Shown here: piece by piece, positions 1 to 9,319 of the stretch
Layout of the letters: each line of letters starts with the position of its first letter
Numbering within the stretch: position 1 is the stretch's first letter
Assembly (NCBI GenBank): GCA_016217735.1
Contig: JACRGQ010000013.1
Coordinates: forward strand, 10,428 to 74,427
DNA: 64,000 nt
Origin: Nitrospinota bacterium
Lineage (GTDB): Bacteria; Nitrospinota_A; UBA7883; JACRGQ01
Direction of reading: 5' to 3'
Position numbers and translations under genes: made by a program
Notes under the pieces: model-generated
The model's input: the letters and a program-made list of their open reading frames with translations, nothing else
Database searches by the model: none
What the model was told of the DNA's origin: nothing

Positions 1-106
1 TTGCAACCGCGTTGCGGCGGTAAAGCCCCGTTCCGGCCAATGTCAGCAGGAAACAGAGCGCCGCGATGGCGGCGGGGAAAAAACCGGGTGACGGGCTGGC
101 GGACAT
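1..106 (-). CDS. Partial ORF running off the window start, with a hydrophobic N-terminus (MSASPSPGFFPAAIAALCFLLTLAG...) downstream of dnaN
   Basis: Reverse-complement reading from an ATG at ~104-106 continues open to position 1; identity unknown. Confidence 0.2.
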   Translation of the reverse strand, partial: MSASPSPGFFPAAIAALCFLLTLAGTGLYRRNAVA

Positions 107-155
107 AGGCGGATTTACAACGCTCCACGCCCGGTCATGCCATCCGCCCGCCGGA

Positions 156-1250
156 TCAGATGCGCATCGGCATGATGATGGAGAGATAATCGTCGTCGTC
201 CGTCGGCTTCACCAGCACGGCGTCGAGCTGCCCCTCCATCCTGAATATCACGTTCTCGCTGGCGACATGCGCCAGCGTATCGATCACATAGGCGCTGTTG
301 AGGCCGATGCGCAGCGGCTCGGCCTTGTATTCCACCTCTATCTCTTCGTGCGCTTCGCCCACGTCCGAGACTTCGCAGAAAATCTCCAGCTTCCCTTTTT
401 TGAAGCTGAAGTTCACCAGCCGGGATTTTTCGTCCGCCACGGTCGCCACGCGCTTGATCGCCTGGCGGGCCTTTTCGATGTTGATGACCGCCTCTTTGGT
501 GTTTTTCCGGGGAATGACCTGCTCGTAGTTCGGGAACGCCCCCTCCACCTCGCGGGTGAAGAAAACAAGCCCGCCCTTTTTGAAGAAGACGCGGTTGTCG
601 GACCGCACGATCTGCAGGGCGCCTTCCTCCTCGTCCAGCAGCTTCACGATTTCCATGACCGCTTTGCGGGCGATGATGACGGCGGTGGTATCCTTCACCG
701 GCAGTTCGACCGCGCGGTTGACGTAGGAGAGGCGGTGGCCGTCGGTGGCCACCACGCGGACGGCGTTCGGGAACAGCTCCAGGTGAATGCCGTTGAGCGT
801 CATCCGGCTTTCGTTTTGGCTGACGGCGTAGACCGTCTTTTTCAGCATGTCCTTGAACATCTCCGTGTCGAGGGAGATGAGCTTGTCCATCGGGAGCTTC
901 GGTTCTTCGGGGAATTCATCGGCGTCGATGGTGGCGAGCTTGAAGGCCGACTTGCCGCAGGTGACTTCGCAGCGGCCGGGGCCGGCAAAGCGGAAGGTCA
1001 CATCCTCGTCGGGAAGCTGACGGACGATATCGAACAGGCGGCGTCCCTGCAAGGCGACGGCTCCCGGCTCGGCGATGGCGGCGATGTATGAGCCTTTGAG
1101 GCCGATGTCGAAATCGGTGGCGAACGCCTCGATCCCCTCTTTGGTGGTTCTGAAAAGAACGTGGCTCAAAATCTGGTTTTTGGGGCTTAGGAAACCTTGC
1201 ACTCTCTGTAAACAGCGCAGCAGTTCGCTCTGCTTGATCCTGAATTCCAT
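156..1250 (-). CDS. dnaN: DNA polymerase III beta sliding clamp
   Basis: 364 aa, MEFRIKQSELL... with ATDGHRLSY and a three-domain clamp pattern; typical DnaN length. Confidence 0.95.
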   Translation of the reverse strand: MEFRIKQSELLRCLQRVQGFLSPKNQILSHVLFRTTKEGIEAFATDFDIGLKGSYIAAIAEPGAVALQGRRLFDIVRQLPDEDVTFRFAGPGRCEVTCGKSAFKLATIDADEFPEEPKLPMDKLISLDTEMFKDMLKKTVYAVSQNESRMTLNGIHLELFPNAVRVVATDGHRLSYVNRAVELPVKDTTAVIIARKAVMEIVKLLDEEEGALQIVRSDNRVFFKKGGLVFFTREVEGAFPNYEQVIPRKNTKEAVINIEKARQAIKRVATVADEKSRLVNFSFKKGKLEIFCEVSDVGEAHEEIEVEYKAEPLRIGLNSAYVIDTLAHVASENVIFRMEGQLDAVLVKPTDDDDYLSIIMPMRI

Positions 1251-1407
1251 CCTTATGGCACCTTTCCCTGAGAGAGTTGTTCGCCCTTGCGTTTCAACCG
1301 AATGCGATTATATGTATGTAAGCCTATGAAAATTAGCATAGATATGTTTCTATGTCAATAACTATGCGGAAAAGCGTATTTTTCGCCAAGGGGGGGCGTA
1401 ATCCAAG

Positions 1408-2490
1408 CTACAGCCAGCGCCTGAACAGCAAAAACAGCTTGGAGGCGATGGCCTGAAACCAAGGCGTCTCCTTAAGCGATTCCACCGTCACGGCTTTAGA
1501 GCTGTCAAAGCCGCGTAGCAGTTCCGCTTCCAGCAGGCGGCGGTTTTCCGGATGGGTGACGACGACATCCGCCTCCAGATCGTGCAGCAGCGAGCGGTAG
1601 TTCAGGTTGGTCGATCCCAGGCTTGCCCAATCGTCTATCACCTGCACTTTGGCGTGATAGAAGGAGGGGAGGTACTCGTAAATCTTCACCCCCGCGTTCA
1701 GCAGGCCCAGAAAATAGGTCGAGGCGAGCCACGGCATGAAAAACACGTCGGAGTTTTTGGGCACCATGATCCGCACGTCCACCCCGCGCCGCGCCGCATC
1801 GCACAGCGCGCGCACCAGGCCCAGCCGCGGCACGAAGTAGGCGCTGGCCAGCCATATCCGCTGCGTGGCGTTGCGCGATTGCTGAAGCAGGAGTTTGTAA
1901 TTCCGCCGCCGTTTCAGCAGCGTGTCGTTCAGGCGTATCCATTTTCCCTTTTGGTACGGCATCCGCCGGCGAAGCGCGGACGGCCGCGCAAGCTGCCTCC
2001 AGCGGGCGGCCCCCAGCCAGCATTTTGCAAAAGCCTGATCGAGGAGCGCGATCCATTTCCCCTCCACGCGGATGCCGTAATCCGTCCAATCGTTGTGCGC
2101 GATGTTCATGCTTCCCACATACGCCGTGCGCGAATCGAAGACCCAGCTCTTCCGGTGATTGCGCCGGTTGAGGCTGCGCGCGAACGCGAAAACGCTCCAC
2201 CAGCGCACCGGATGGTACACCTTTACGCCGACCGCCGTGCCGCTGAACCGGGCCGTCAACCCTTCCGCCGTTTGGAGGCAGCCGACGCCGTCCAGCAACA
2301 CCCGCACCGCCACGCCCCGTTCCGCCGCCCGGCGCAGCTCTTCCGCGATGCGGTTGCCGAGTTCGTCCATCTCGAAGATGTACGCCTCAACGTCGATGGT
2401 TTTTTCGGCCAGCGGTATCTCGCGGATGATGTCGGCGTAAAAGTCGCGGCTGCTGAAATAGATTTTTTCCGAATCCCAATGCGCCATCAC
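1408..2490 (-). CDS. Phospholipase D-family protein, cardiolipin synthase-like (two HKD motifs)
   Basis: HRKSWVFD and HAKVQVIDDWASLGSTNLN match two HxKx4D motifs; 360 aa. Confidence 0.8.
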   Translation of the reverse strand: MMAHWDSEKIYFSSRDFYADIIREIPLAEKTIDVEAYIFEMDELGNRIAEELRRAAERGVAVRVLLDGVGCLQTAEGLTARFSGTAVGVKVYHPVRWWSVFAFARSLNRRNHRKSWVFDSRTAYVGSMNIAHNDWTDYGIRVEGKWIALLDQAFAKCWLGAARWRQLARPSALRRRMPYQKGKWIRLNDTLLKRRRNYKLLLQQSRNATQRIWLASAYFVPRLGLVRALCDAARRGVDVRIMVPKNSDVFFMPWLASTYFLGLLNAGVKIYEYLPSFYHAKVQVIDDWASLGSTNLNYRSLLHDLEADVVVTHPENRRLLEAELLRGFDSSKAVTVESLKETPWFQAIASKLFLLFRRWL

Positions 2491-2532
2491 CGCATTCTAT
2501 CCCGGATTACTCCCCGCGTCGCCGTTCCCTTC

Positions 2533-2684
2533 CCGGTGGGTACACAATTGGGGAGGCGCGGAAAGATTTTTCACTCCGCGCCGGATATGGCCTATAGGCC
2601 ACATTGTGTACATCATGCCGCAAGGCATGAGCCCTCCATTGGCGCCAATGCGCCAACGTACCCATTAAAATGGGTACCCACCGG
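2533..2684. repeat. Structured intergenic element, family 2, copy X (GGTGGGTACACAATTG ... GTACCCACCGGG with several internal hairpins)
   Basis: Outer inverted repeat CCGGTGGGTAC / GTACCCACCGG. Internal palindromes ggcctataggcc, catgccgcaaggcatg, ttggcgccaatgcgccaa, tacccattaaaatgggta. Related copy at 21682-21775. Confidence 0.5.
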
Positions 2685-2759
2685 GAACGGCTTAGGTGGG
2701 TATGGACTTCGTTTGGCGTATCGGCGTGCGCCGCCGGTATCGGGCGTTTGGCGCGGGCC

Positions 2760-3677
2760 TTACTTCCAGACTGCGGTGATCGGGAAGGATTTTGCGTCCT
2801 CGCGCCCCATATCCCCCAGTTGAAAATTGTCTTCCACCGTGCGGAGCAGGTTGTAGTGGTCATAGACCGTGTCATCCGTCGTTCCCGCCCGGATCATGGA
2901 GCCGAGGAAAACGGTATAGACCGGGCTGTTGCCGGTTTTGCTTTCATCGAACGTCACCACCACCAGCGTCTTTGCCAACTCCGGCCGGGCGAGAAGCGGC
3001 TCCAAAAAACCTTTCAGCCAATTCGACGCATACGCTATGGAGGTGTCGTGTCCGTCGTTATCCATGTTGGGCACGAACAGCGAATAGCTGGGCAGGGGAA
3101 AAGGCAGGTTCGAGGCATCGGCTACATGTTGCAAGCAGCGCGGCCCGCGCGTGATGGGAGTGTAGGAGAGGAACGGGGCGTGTTTCCGCCCGTAGCGGCC
3201 CCGGTAGTCGCCAGTGAAGCAATTCGCCGGACCGCCCGGATAGTCTTCGGCGAATTGAGCCCAGCCAAGGCCCTTTGCCTCCAGGAGGTCGGCGATGGAG
3301 GAGACGTCCAGATTTTTTTGTGCGTTGCTGGTCGCGCCGAACGTCGATCCGCCCGTCAACGCAAGATAGTTTGGATAGGAGGGATGCCCCACGCCGTGAT
3401 AGTTGGCGAGGTATGCGCCCCGCCGCGCCAACTCCTTCATGTAGGGGTCTTGCAGGACGTCCGCGGCGTCCTGATTTTCAAGAATAATGATAAACACCTG
3501 GTCGAATTTGCGGCCACCGGGCCAATCAGCCGCGGCTTGGGCCGGAGTGGCGCTCGATGATTGTCCGGCGTTGGCCGCGCCGTTCGCCGGTTTGCCGGCA
3601 TGGCTTTGGGGCGCGGCGGTCAAAAGCGCGGCCACGAACGCCGCGCCGAAGAGCGAAGCGGAAACGGTTTTATTCAT
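2760..3677 (-). CDS. Secreted phosphoesterase-family protein (phospholipase C / acid phosphatase family)
   Basis: Signal peptide MNKTVSASLFGAAFVAALLTAAPQSHA. Conserved ILENQD, YPNYLALTGGS and VTFDE blocks typical of the phosphoesterase family. Confidence 0.7.
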   Translation of the reverse strand: MNKTVSASLFGAAFVAALLTAAPQSHAGKPANGAANAGQSSSATPAQAAADWPGGRKFDQVFIIILENQDAADVLQDPYMKELARRGAYLANYHGVGHPSYPNYLALTGGSTFGATSNAQKNLDVSSIADLLEAKGLGWAQFAEDYPGGPANCFTGDYRGRYGRKHAPFLSYTPITRGPRCLQHVADASNLPFPLPSYSLFVPNMDNDGHDTSIAYASNWLKGFLEPLLARPELAKTLVVVTFDESKTGNSPVYTVFLGSMIRAGTTDDTVYDHYNLLRTVEDNFQLGDMGREDAKSFPITAVWK

Positions 3678-3800
3678 AGATGCCCTCCACGCCGTCCAGA
3701 ATCGTGGAAGGGGGATGAAAAGTCAAACCGGTTGCGAGCACCGCGCAGGTTTCCGTTTTATATAATTTCTCTAAAGCCCGAATTTCAATATAGTTTAGTC

Positions 3801-4016
3801 GTGGATGCGCTGGTTGAAAGAGTAACGAACAGGATTGCCGAGGCGATACACCCGGATAAAATTATCCTGTTCGGCTCCCGCGCCAATGGCACGGCCACCG
3901 AGGAAAGTGACATCGACCTTGTGGTGGTCTATTCGGGGCCGAAAACCACGCGGGAAGTTCACCGCCTGTTCTTGCGGCGTGATTTCAGGCGTGCTGGAGC
4001 TTGCCTTTCGGCTTAA
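3801..4016 (+). CDS. Minimal nucleotidyltransferase (MNT-type antitoxin-like) domain protein, probably truncated or orphan
   Basis: ILFGSRANGTATEESDIDLVVV is an NTase GS...DxD signature. Putative GTG start; short C-terminus; no adjacent HEPN partner. Confidence 0.35.
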   Translation: MDALVERVTNRIAEAIHPDKIILFGSRANGTATEESDIDLVVVYSGPKTTREVHRLFLRRDFRRAGACLSA

Positions 4017-4040
4017 ATGCGGTCTTGCCTATCGAGCCTT

Positions 4041-4415
4041 TTAAACCGCGATTTCCAGGCTGATGCGCGTATAGCCCACTTGGGGCGCCGCTTCCCGTCG
4101 TCCTTTCTTTGCCCGATGCATTTCAACAAGGCCGAGGTTTTCCAGCAAGGAAACGTCCGTCATCACGTTTTTCATATTTCGCCCGGAAAACCGCGAAAGC
4201 TCCTGCAAACTCTTCGGCTGTTTTTCCCGGATAAGATGGAGCAGTTCCAGGCGTTTCGGCGTTAACGCCTTGCGAAAACCGGCAAGGCTTTCAAAGTAAA
4301 CCCCTTTTTCGGATTTCACCTTTTCGCCCCGCTCGGCCGCCTCACCGGCTTTCACGAAATCATCCAGCGCCGCTTTCGCGCCCTTGATCCCGATGCGCAC
4401 CTTCTTCACTTTCAT
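4041..4415 (-). CDS. Small winged-helix DNA-binding protein of the type found as antitoxin partners of RelE/ParE-like toxins
   Basis: 124 aa, MKVKKVRIGIKGAKAALDDF...LTPKRLELLHLIREKQPKSLQELSRFSGRNMKNV; family assignment from memory. A 38-codon toxin-like remnant (…ARDEFKGLRKLADDFYKDIEKYKKGLL) overlaps its start. Confidence 0.45.
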   Translation of the reverse strand: MKVKKVRIGIKGAKAALDDFVKAGEAAERGEKVKSEKGVYFESLAGFRKALTPKRLELLHLIREKQPKSLQELSRFSGRNMKNVMTDVSLLENLGLVEMHRAKKGRREAAPQVGYTRISLEIAV

Positions 4416-4680
4416 AAAAGCCCCTTTTTGTACTTCTCGATGTCCTTATAAAAATCGTCCGCCAGTTTACGAAGCCCTTTGAATTCGTCCCGCGCTTTCA
4501 CTAATGGTATATTATGCCACCAATACAATCAATTCAAGTCATCTATGTACCGCGATATTGTCAATCATGGTTAGAAGCCGTCCCGCGCGAAAAGCTGTCG
4601 ATATTTTGGGGAATAGTGTTAAAATCCTATTCTTTATGAGTGCGAAAGGCTTAAACGGCGATTGCATATTTGGAGGATTT

Positions 4681-4806
4681 ATGGCGGATAACGAACAGTC
4701 AGGAAAGCCGGGCTCGGGCAAGTGGATATTTGCCGCCATTCTCATCGCGATAGCCATTTTCATTGGCGTCAGCGTTGGCTACAAGATCATCACACGGGGT
4801 CCGTGA
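4681..4806 (+). CDS. Small single-TM membrane protein (41 aa) upstream of the ABC transporter
   Basis: Strong RBS tttGGAGGatttATG; MADNEQSGKPGSGKWIFAAILIAIAIFIGVSVGYKIITRGP has one hydrophobic helix. Confidence 0.35.
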   Translation: MADNEQSGKPGSGKWIFAAILIAIAIFIGVSVGYKIITRGP

Positions 4807-4846
4807 TTTCCCGAAAACAATAGACTAAAACACCGGAGAGAGCATC

Positions 4847-5824
4847 ATGAAGGCGGTAGAGACCCATTCCCTGCGCCACACCTATCCCGCCCGCAGCGAT
4901 GCAAAAGCGGGGATGGCGCTCAAGGGGATTGATTTTTCAGTCGATCCGGGGGATATCTTCGGCTTTCTGGGGCCGAACGGTTCCGGCAAGACGACCCTCT
5001 TTAAAATCTTTTCCACCCTCATCGAGCCGTCCGAAGGCTCCGTTTTTATCTTCGGCCACGATGCGGTGAAGGGCGTGGACGAGGCCCGCAAGATGATGGG
5101 GGTTGTTTTTCAGCACCCGAGCCTCGACAAAATGTTGACCGTCGAGGAAAACCTGACCTTTCACGGCCACTTGTACGGACTCTCCGGCGCTCCGCTGAAA
5201 AAGCGGGTGGAGGAAATGATGGATCGCTTCGGGCTTACCCCGCGGCGCGGCGAATCCGTCCAGCACCTTTCCGGCGGCTACCGGCGGCGCGTGGAACTTG
5301 CCAAGGGGCTGATTCACAGTCCCACGCTGCTCATCCTGGACGAGCCGTCCACCGGGCTGGACCCGGCGGCGCGGCGCGAGTTCTGGGAAACCATTACCGC
5401 GCTCAAAAAGAAAAACGGGATGACCGTGCTGGTGACAACCCACCTCGGCGAAGAGGGGGATCGGTGCGACCGGCTGGCTATCATGTACGAAGGCGAGGTC
5501 ATCGCCGCCGGCACGCCCGACCAATTGAAGGCCGGCATCGGCGGCGACGTGGTAACAATCCACAGCGCCGAGCCGGATATGCTGCTCGATACGCTTGATG
5601 CCAAATTCGGCGTCCGTCCGGTGCTGCTGGACGGCGTTATACGGATGGAACTGCCGCGCGGGCACGAAATGATCCCAAAAATAGTGGAGGCGTTCCCCGG
5701 CAAGATCACCGCCATCAGCGTGGGCAAGCCGACGCTGGAAGACGTATTCGTCCACAAAACCGGCCGGATGCTCTGGCTGGAAGGGGAGGGGACCGCCGCC
5801 CCGAAGGAGGCCAAAGGTGAATAA
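4847..5824 (+). CDS. ABC transporter ATP-binding protein (ABC-2 exporter family)
   Basis: Walker A GPNGSGKTT, signature LSGGYRRRV, Walker B LLILDEPSTGLD. Confidence 0.9.
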   Translation: MKAVETHSLRHTYPARSDAKAGMALKGIDFSVDPGDIFGFLGPNGSGKTTLFKIFSTLIEPSEGSVFIFGHDAVKGVDEARKMMGVVFQHPSLDKMLTVEENLTFHGHLYGLSGAPLKKRVEEMMDRFGLTPRRGESVQHLSGGYRRRVELAKGLIHSPTLLILDEPSTGLDPAARREFWETITALKKKNGMTVLVTTHLGEEGDRCDRLAIMYEGEVIAAGTPDQLKAGIGGDVVTIHSAEPDMLLDTLDAKFGVRPVLLDGVIRMELPRGHEMIPKIVEAFPGKITAISVGKPTLEDVFVHKTGRMLWLEGEGTAAPKEAKGE

Positions 5825-6596
5825 TCTGATGCTCGCGGTATGGTCGCTGTGGCGGCGCGAGATGATCCGTTTCTACCGCGACCGGAGCCGCGTTATCGGC
5901 GGGCTGGTGCCCCCCGTTATTTTCTGGTTTTTCATCGGCAGCGGCCTTTCCGGCAGCTTCAGCGTGGGGAGCGGCGAGACGGTTCTCAACTACCGCCAGT
6001 ATTTTTTCCCCGGCACACTGGTGCTGATTTTCCTTTTCACCGCCGTGTTTTCCACCATTTCCATCATCGAAGACCGGCGCGAGGGATTCTTGCAGTCGGT
6101 GCTGGTGGCGCCGGTGCCGCGGCTGGCAATCGTGCTGGGCAAGCTGTTCGGCAGCGCTTCGCTCGCCTTTCTGCAGGGGATGCCGTTCCTTATCGCCGCG
6201 CCGTTCATTGGACTTAACCTTACCGCCTCGTCGCTCCTCATCTCGCTCTTTATCCTGTTCGGCGTGGCTTTTTCGCTGGCGGGCGTCGGCTTCCTCATCG
6301 CGTGGCGGCTGGACAGCACACAGGGGTTCCACGCCATCATGAACATGGGGCTAATCCCGCTCTGGCTGCTTTCCGGCGCGCTCTTCCCGATCCACAACAT
6401 TCCCGGTTGGCTCTCCACGGTGGTGCGCCTGAATCCGCTCACCTATTGCATCGCGGCGCTGCAGCACGAGCTGTTCGTTCCCGGGGCGATACCCGATCTC
6501 CCTCCGCTCTGGTTCTGCGTGTCGGTCATCGCCGCTTTTTCATCGGCCACCCTTTTTGCGGCCGTATTCATCACCCGCAGGGGAAGGGATCGATAA
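5817..6596 (+). CDS. ABC-2 type transporter permease
   Basis: 259 aa polytopic membrane protein; 8-nt overlap with the ATPase gene. Confidence 0.8.
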   Translation: MNNLMLAVWSLWRREMIRFYRDRSRVIGGLVPPVIFWFFIGSGLSGSFSVGSGETVLNYRQYFFPGTLVLIFLFTAVFSTISIIEDRREGFLQSVLVAPVPRLAIVLGKLFGSASLAFLQGMPFLIAAPFIGLNLTASSLLISLFILFGVAFSLAGVGFLIAWRLDSTQGFHAIMNMGLIPLWLLSGALFPIHNIPGWLSTVVRLNPLTYCIAALQHELFVPGAIPDLPPLWFCVSVIAAFSSATLFAAVFITRRGRDR

Positions 6597-7036
6597 TGGA
6601 TAACGGCATTATTCACCTGTTGCCGCATTTTCAGGCGTTCTGCAACAGCGCGTCCACCGCGTTGCTGCTCTGCGGCGGTTATTTCATCGCTAAAAAGAAG
6701 GATAAAGAAACCCACAAGAAATGCATGGCGGGGGCGTTTCTCGCCTCGACGCTGTTTCTTGTTTCCTACCTCACGTATCACTCCGTCGCCGGCGGCTTGA
6801 AGTTCGGCGGCCAGGGAACCGTGCGCGGCATTTATTTCTTTATTCTCGGCACACACACCATCTTGGCGGCGGTCGCGCTGCCGATGATACTGGTGACGTT
6901 TTACCGGGCGCTGAAAGAGAACTTCGAGAAGCACAAGAAAATAGCTCCCTGGACGCTTGGGGTTTGGCTGTATGTTTCCGTCACCGGCGTGGTGATTTAC
7001 GTGATGCTCTATCACCTCTATCCGGGAACCCGTTAG
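6596..7036 (+). CDS. DUF420 family membrane protein
   Basis: Internal ATG at 6596 after the permease stop; the MDNGIIHLLPHF...SYLTYH pattern resembles DUF420. Confidence 0.6.
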   Translation: MDNGIIHLLPHFQAFCNSASTALLLCGGYFIAKKKDKETHKKCMAGAFLASTLFLVSYLTYHSVAGGLKFGGQGTVRGIYFFILGTHTILAAVALPMILVTFYRALKENFEKHKKIAPWTLGVWLYVSVTGVVIYVMLYHLYPGTR

Positions 7037-7049
7037 CGGTAATCCGGCG

Positions 7050-8381
7050 ATGCGGGAAAATGGCGGGCGCTACCATCTGCTCACCTTCGGGTGCCAGATG
7101 AACAAATACGATTCGGAAAAAATCGAGGGGCTGCTCGCCCGCGAAGGGTTGACCGCCACGGCCAACCCGGAAGAAGCCGACCTCATTCTGCTCAACACCT
7201 GCTCCATCCGCGACAAGGCGGAGCACAAGGTTTTTTCGAAGCTCGGCATTTTGAGCGCCGCAAAGCGGCCGGATCAGCTTATCGCGCTTGGCGGCTGCAT
7301 GGCATCCCTCCGCAAGGAGGATATTTTCCGCCGCGCCCCGATGGTCGACATGGTCTTCGGGCCGGACGCCATCGAGCGGCTGCCGCAGATGATAGGCGAT
7401 TTCCGGGCCACCCGCGCGCGGCAGATCGATGTCGCCTTCAACGATACCGCCACATGGGACCGTCCGGAAGACGGCGCGGTGCGTGAAAGCGCCACGGTGG
7501 CGTGGGTCGGCATCATGAAGGGGTGCGATAACCGCTGCACTTATTGCGTGGTGCCGGATACCCGCGGGCCGGAGGTGAGCCGTCCGGCCGGTTCCATCCT
7601 TGCTGAGGTCAAAGGGCTGGCCGCCAAGGGGTATAAGGGGATCAATCTGCTGGGGCAGAATGTGAACAGCTACGGCAAAGGGCTGCCGTCATCCGCCGGT
7701 TTTCCCGGCCTGCTCCGGATGGTGAACAAGGTGGAGGGGGTGGAGCGGATACGATTCATGACCTCCCATCCGAAAGACCTCAACGACGGGCTTATCGCCG
7801 CGATGATGGAATGCAAAAAGGTCTCTCCTTCGTTCCACCTGCCGTTGCAGGCGGGGAGCGACCGCATCCTCGGCCTGATGCGCCGCGGCTATACCGCCGC
7901 CGAATATATGGAAAAAATCCGCCGTCTGAAAAATGCGGCGCCGCACATCACCATCTCCGCCGACATCATGATCGGTTTTCCCGGCGAAACGGAAGCGGAG
8001 TTTTTGGATACCATCCGGGTGATGGAGGAGGTGGCGTTCGACTCGCTTTTCCTCTTCAACTATTCGCCGCGCCCCGGCACTCCCTCCGCCGAATGCACGG
8101 ATATGGTGCCGCGCGCCGTCTCGCGGGAGCGTTTTGACCGGGCGATGCTGCTGCAAAGAAAAATCGTCGCGCAAAAGAACATGTTATTGGTGGGCACGAC
8201 GCAGCAGGTGCTTTGCGAAGGGGCGGCCGAACGGCCGGGCGCGGTCTATGGACGGACGCCGGGGAACCATCTGGTCGTTTTCGAGGGGGAGCCGTTGCTG
8301 GCGGGGCGGACATTGCCGGTAACAATCACCTCTTTTTCGGGGTACAATTTGTCTGGTACATTGGCGCAGGGAGGATTGTAG
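7050..8381 (+). CDS. miaB: tRNA-i6A37 methylthiotransferase MiaB (radical SAM MTTase)
   Basis: N-terminal LLTFGCQMNKYDSE MTTase domain, radical SAM core CDNRCTYC, C-terminal TRAM domain; 443 aa. Confidence 0.9.
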   Translation: MRENGGRYHLLTFGCQMNKYDSEKIEGLLAREGLTATANPEEADLILLNTCSIRDKAEHKVFSKLGILSAAKRPDQLIALGGCMASLRKEDIFRRAPMVDMVFGPDAIERLPQMIGDFRATRARQIDVAFNDTATWDRPEDGAVRESATVAWVGIMKGCDNRCTYCVVPDTRGPEVSRPAGSILAEVKGLAAKGYKGINLLGQNVNSYGKGLPSSAGFPGLLRMVNKVEGVERIRFMTSHPKDLNDGLIAAMMECKKVSPSFHLPLQAGSDRILGLMRRGYTAAEYMEKIRRLKNAAPHITISADIMIGFPGETEAEFLDTIRVMEEVAFDSLFLFNYSPRPGTPSAECTDMVPRAVSRERFDRAMLLQRKIVAQKNMLLVGTTQQVLCEGAAERPGAVYGRTPGNHLVVFEGEPLLAGRTLPVTITSFSGYNLSGTLAQGGL

Positions 8382-8387
8382 AAGGCG

Positions 8388-8894
8388 ATGGACAAGGACG
8401 GCACACGCATTGAAATGAAGGTCGAGGGACTCACGCTCGACCCGGTGACCAATATGCCGATCATCATCCTCAAGGATATCGAGGGGCGGCGCACGCTCCC
8501 CATCTGGGTCGGCATTTTCGAGGCGAACGCCATCGCCCTCGAAATGGAGAAGATCAACACGCCGCGTCCCATGACGCACGACCTCATCCGGAACATCCTC
8601 GACGGCATCGACGCCAAGGTGAAATACGTCTGCGTGAACGACCTGCGCGATAACACCTTTTACGCCGAAATAGGCCTGATCCTGCACGGTATGGACGTGA
8701 AGATCGATTCCCGCCCGTCCGACGCGATAGCCGTGGCGCTGCGGATGAAAGCGCCGATCATGGTGGCGCTGAAAGTGGTGGAGGAGGCCCGCAGCTTCGA
8801 TGTGCGGCCCGAAAACCAGATAGGCGAAAACGATCAGTGGAAGGGATGGCTGGACAACATCAAGCCGTCCGATTTTGGCAACATCGACCAGTAG
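8388..8894 (+). CDS. Bifunctional nuclease (BFN/DUF151) domain protein
   Basis: LPIWVGIFEANAIALEM...RPMTHDL block typical of PF02577. Confidence 0.7.
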   Translation: MDKDGTRIEMKVEGLTLDPVTNMPIIILKDIEGRRTLPIWVGIFEANAIALEMEKINTPRPMTHDLIRNILDGIDAKVKYVCVNDLRDNTFYAEIGLILHGMDVKIDSRPSDAIAVALRMKAPIMVALKVVEEARSFDVRPENQIGENDQWKGWLDNIKPSDFGNIDQ

Positions 8895-8931
8895 CGTCGG
8901 CGGCCCGCCGCATGATAACCGGTGTAAAAGG

Positions 8932-9291
8932 ATGGCGGGAGTGAAAACGTTATTAGCCATTGCCGTTGCTCTGTCTTGCATTGGGGGGGATGCGGCGGCC
9001 GGCGTGATGGCGCAATGCGTCGACGACGCATCCCGTTTTTGCTCGAATGTGAAACAGAAAAATGTGTATACCTGTTTGCGAAAACATGCGTCCCAGCTCT
9101 CCTTCGGCTGTGCTGATGCGATGGGGCAGGGGGCCGGCGGTCCATCCGGCGCTTCCTGTCAAAATGATGCGTTGCGGCTCTGCAAATCCGGCAAACTGAA
9201 TAAGGGGACACGGCGGTGCCTTGAGCGGAATTTCGACCAACTCACCCCCAATTGCCAGGCCTATTTTTACCATCTGGGATGGGTTCGCTGA
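8932..9291 (+). CDS. Small secreted cysteine-rich protein with two tandem four-Cys repeats
   Basis: Signal peptide MAGVKTLLAIAVALSCIGG; repeats C-x7-C-x10-C-x11-C and C-x7-C-x11-C-x11-C. Confidence 0.5.
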   Translation: MAGVKTLLAIAVALSCIGGDAAAGVMAQCVDDASRFCSNVKQKNVYTCLRKHASQLSFGCADAMGQGAGGPSGASCQNDALRLCKSGKLNKGTRRCLERNFDQLTPNCQAYFYHLGWVR

Positions 9292-9319
9292 ATCGGATGG
9301 TTTCGGGAAGGGTTGAACT

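Noticed and set aside
66-1091. 341-aa plus-strand ORF
   Set aside because: It lies entirely antisense to the clearly recognisable dnaN gene. This is a high-GC antisense open frame with no motifs.
1552-2823. 423-aa plus-strand ORF and nested ORFs
   Set aside because: Antisense to the PLD/cardiolipin-synthase-like gene and spanning an intergenic repeat. It has an Arg/Pro/Ala-rich, low-complexity translation typical of high-GC antisense frames.
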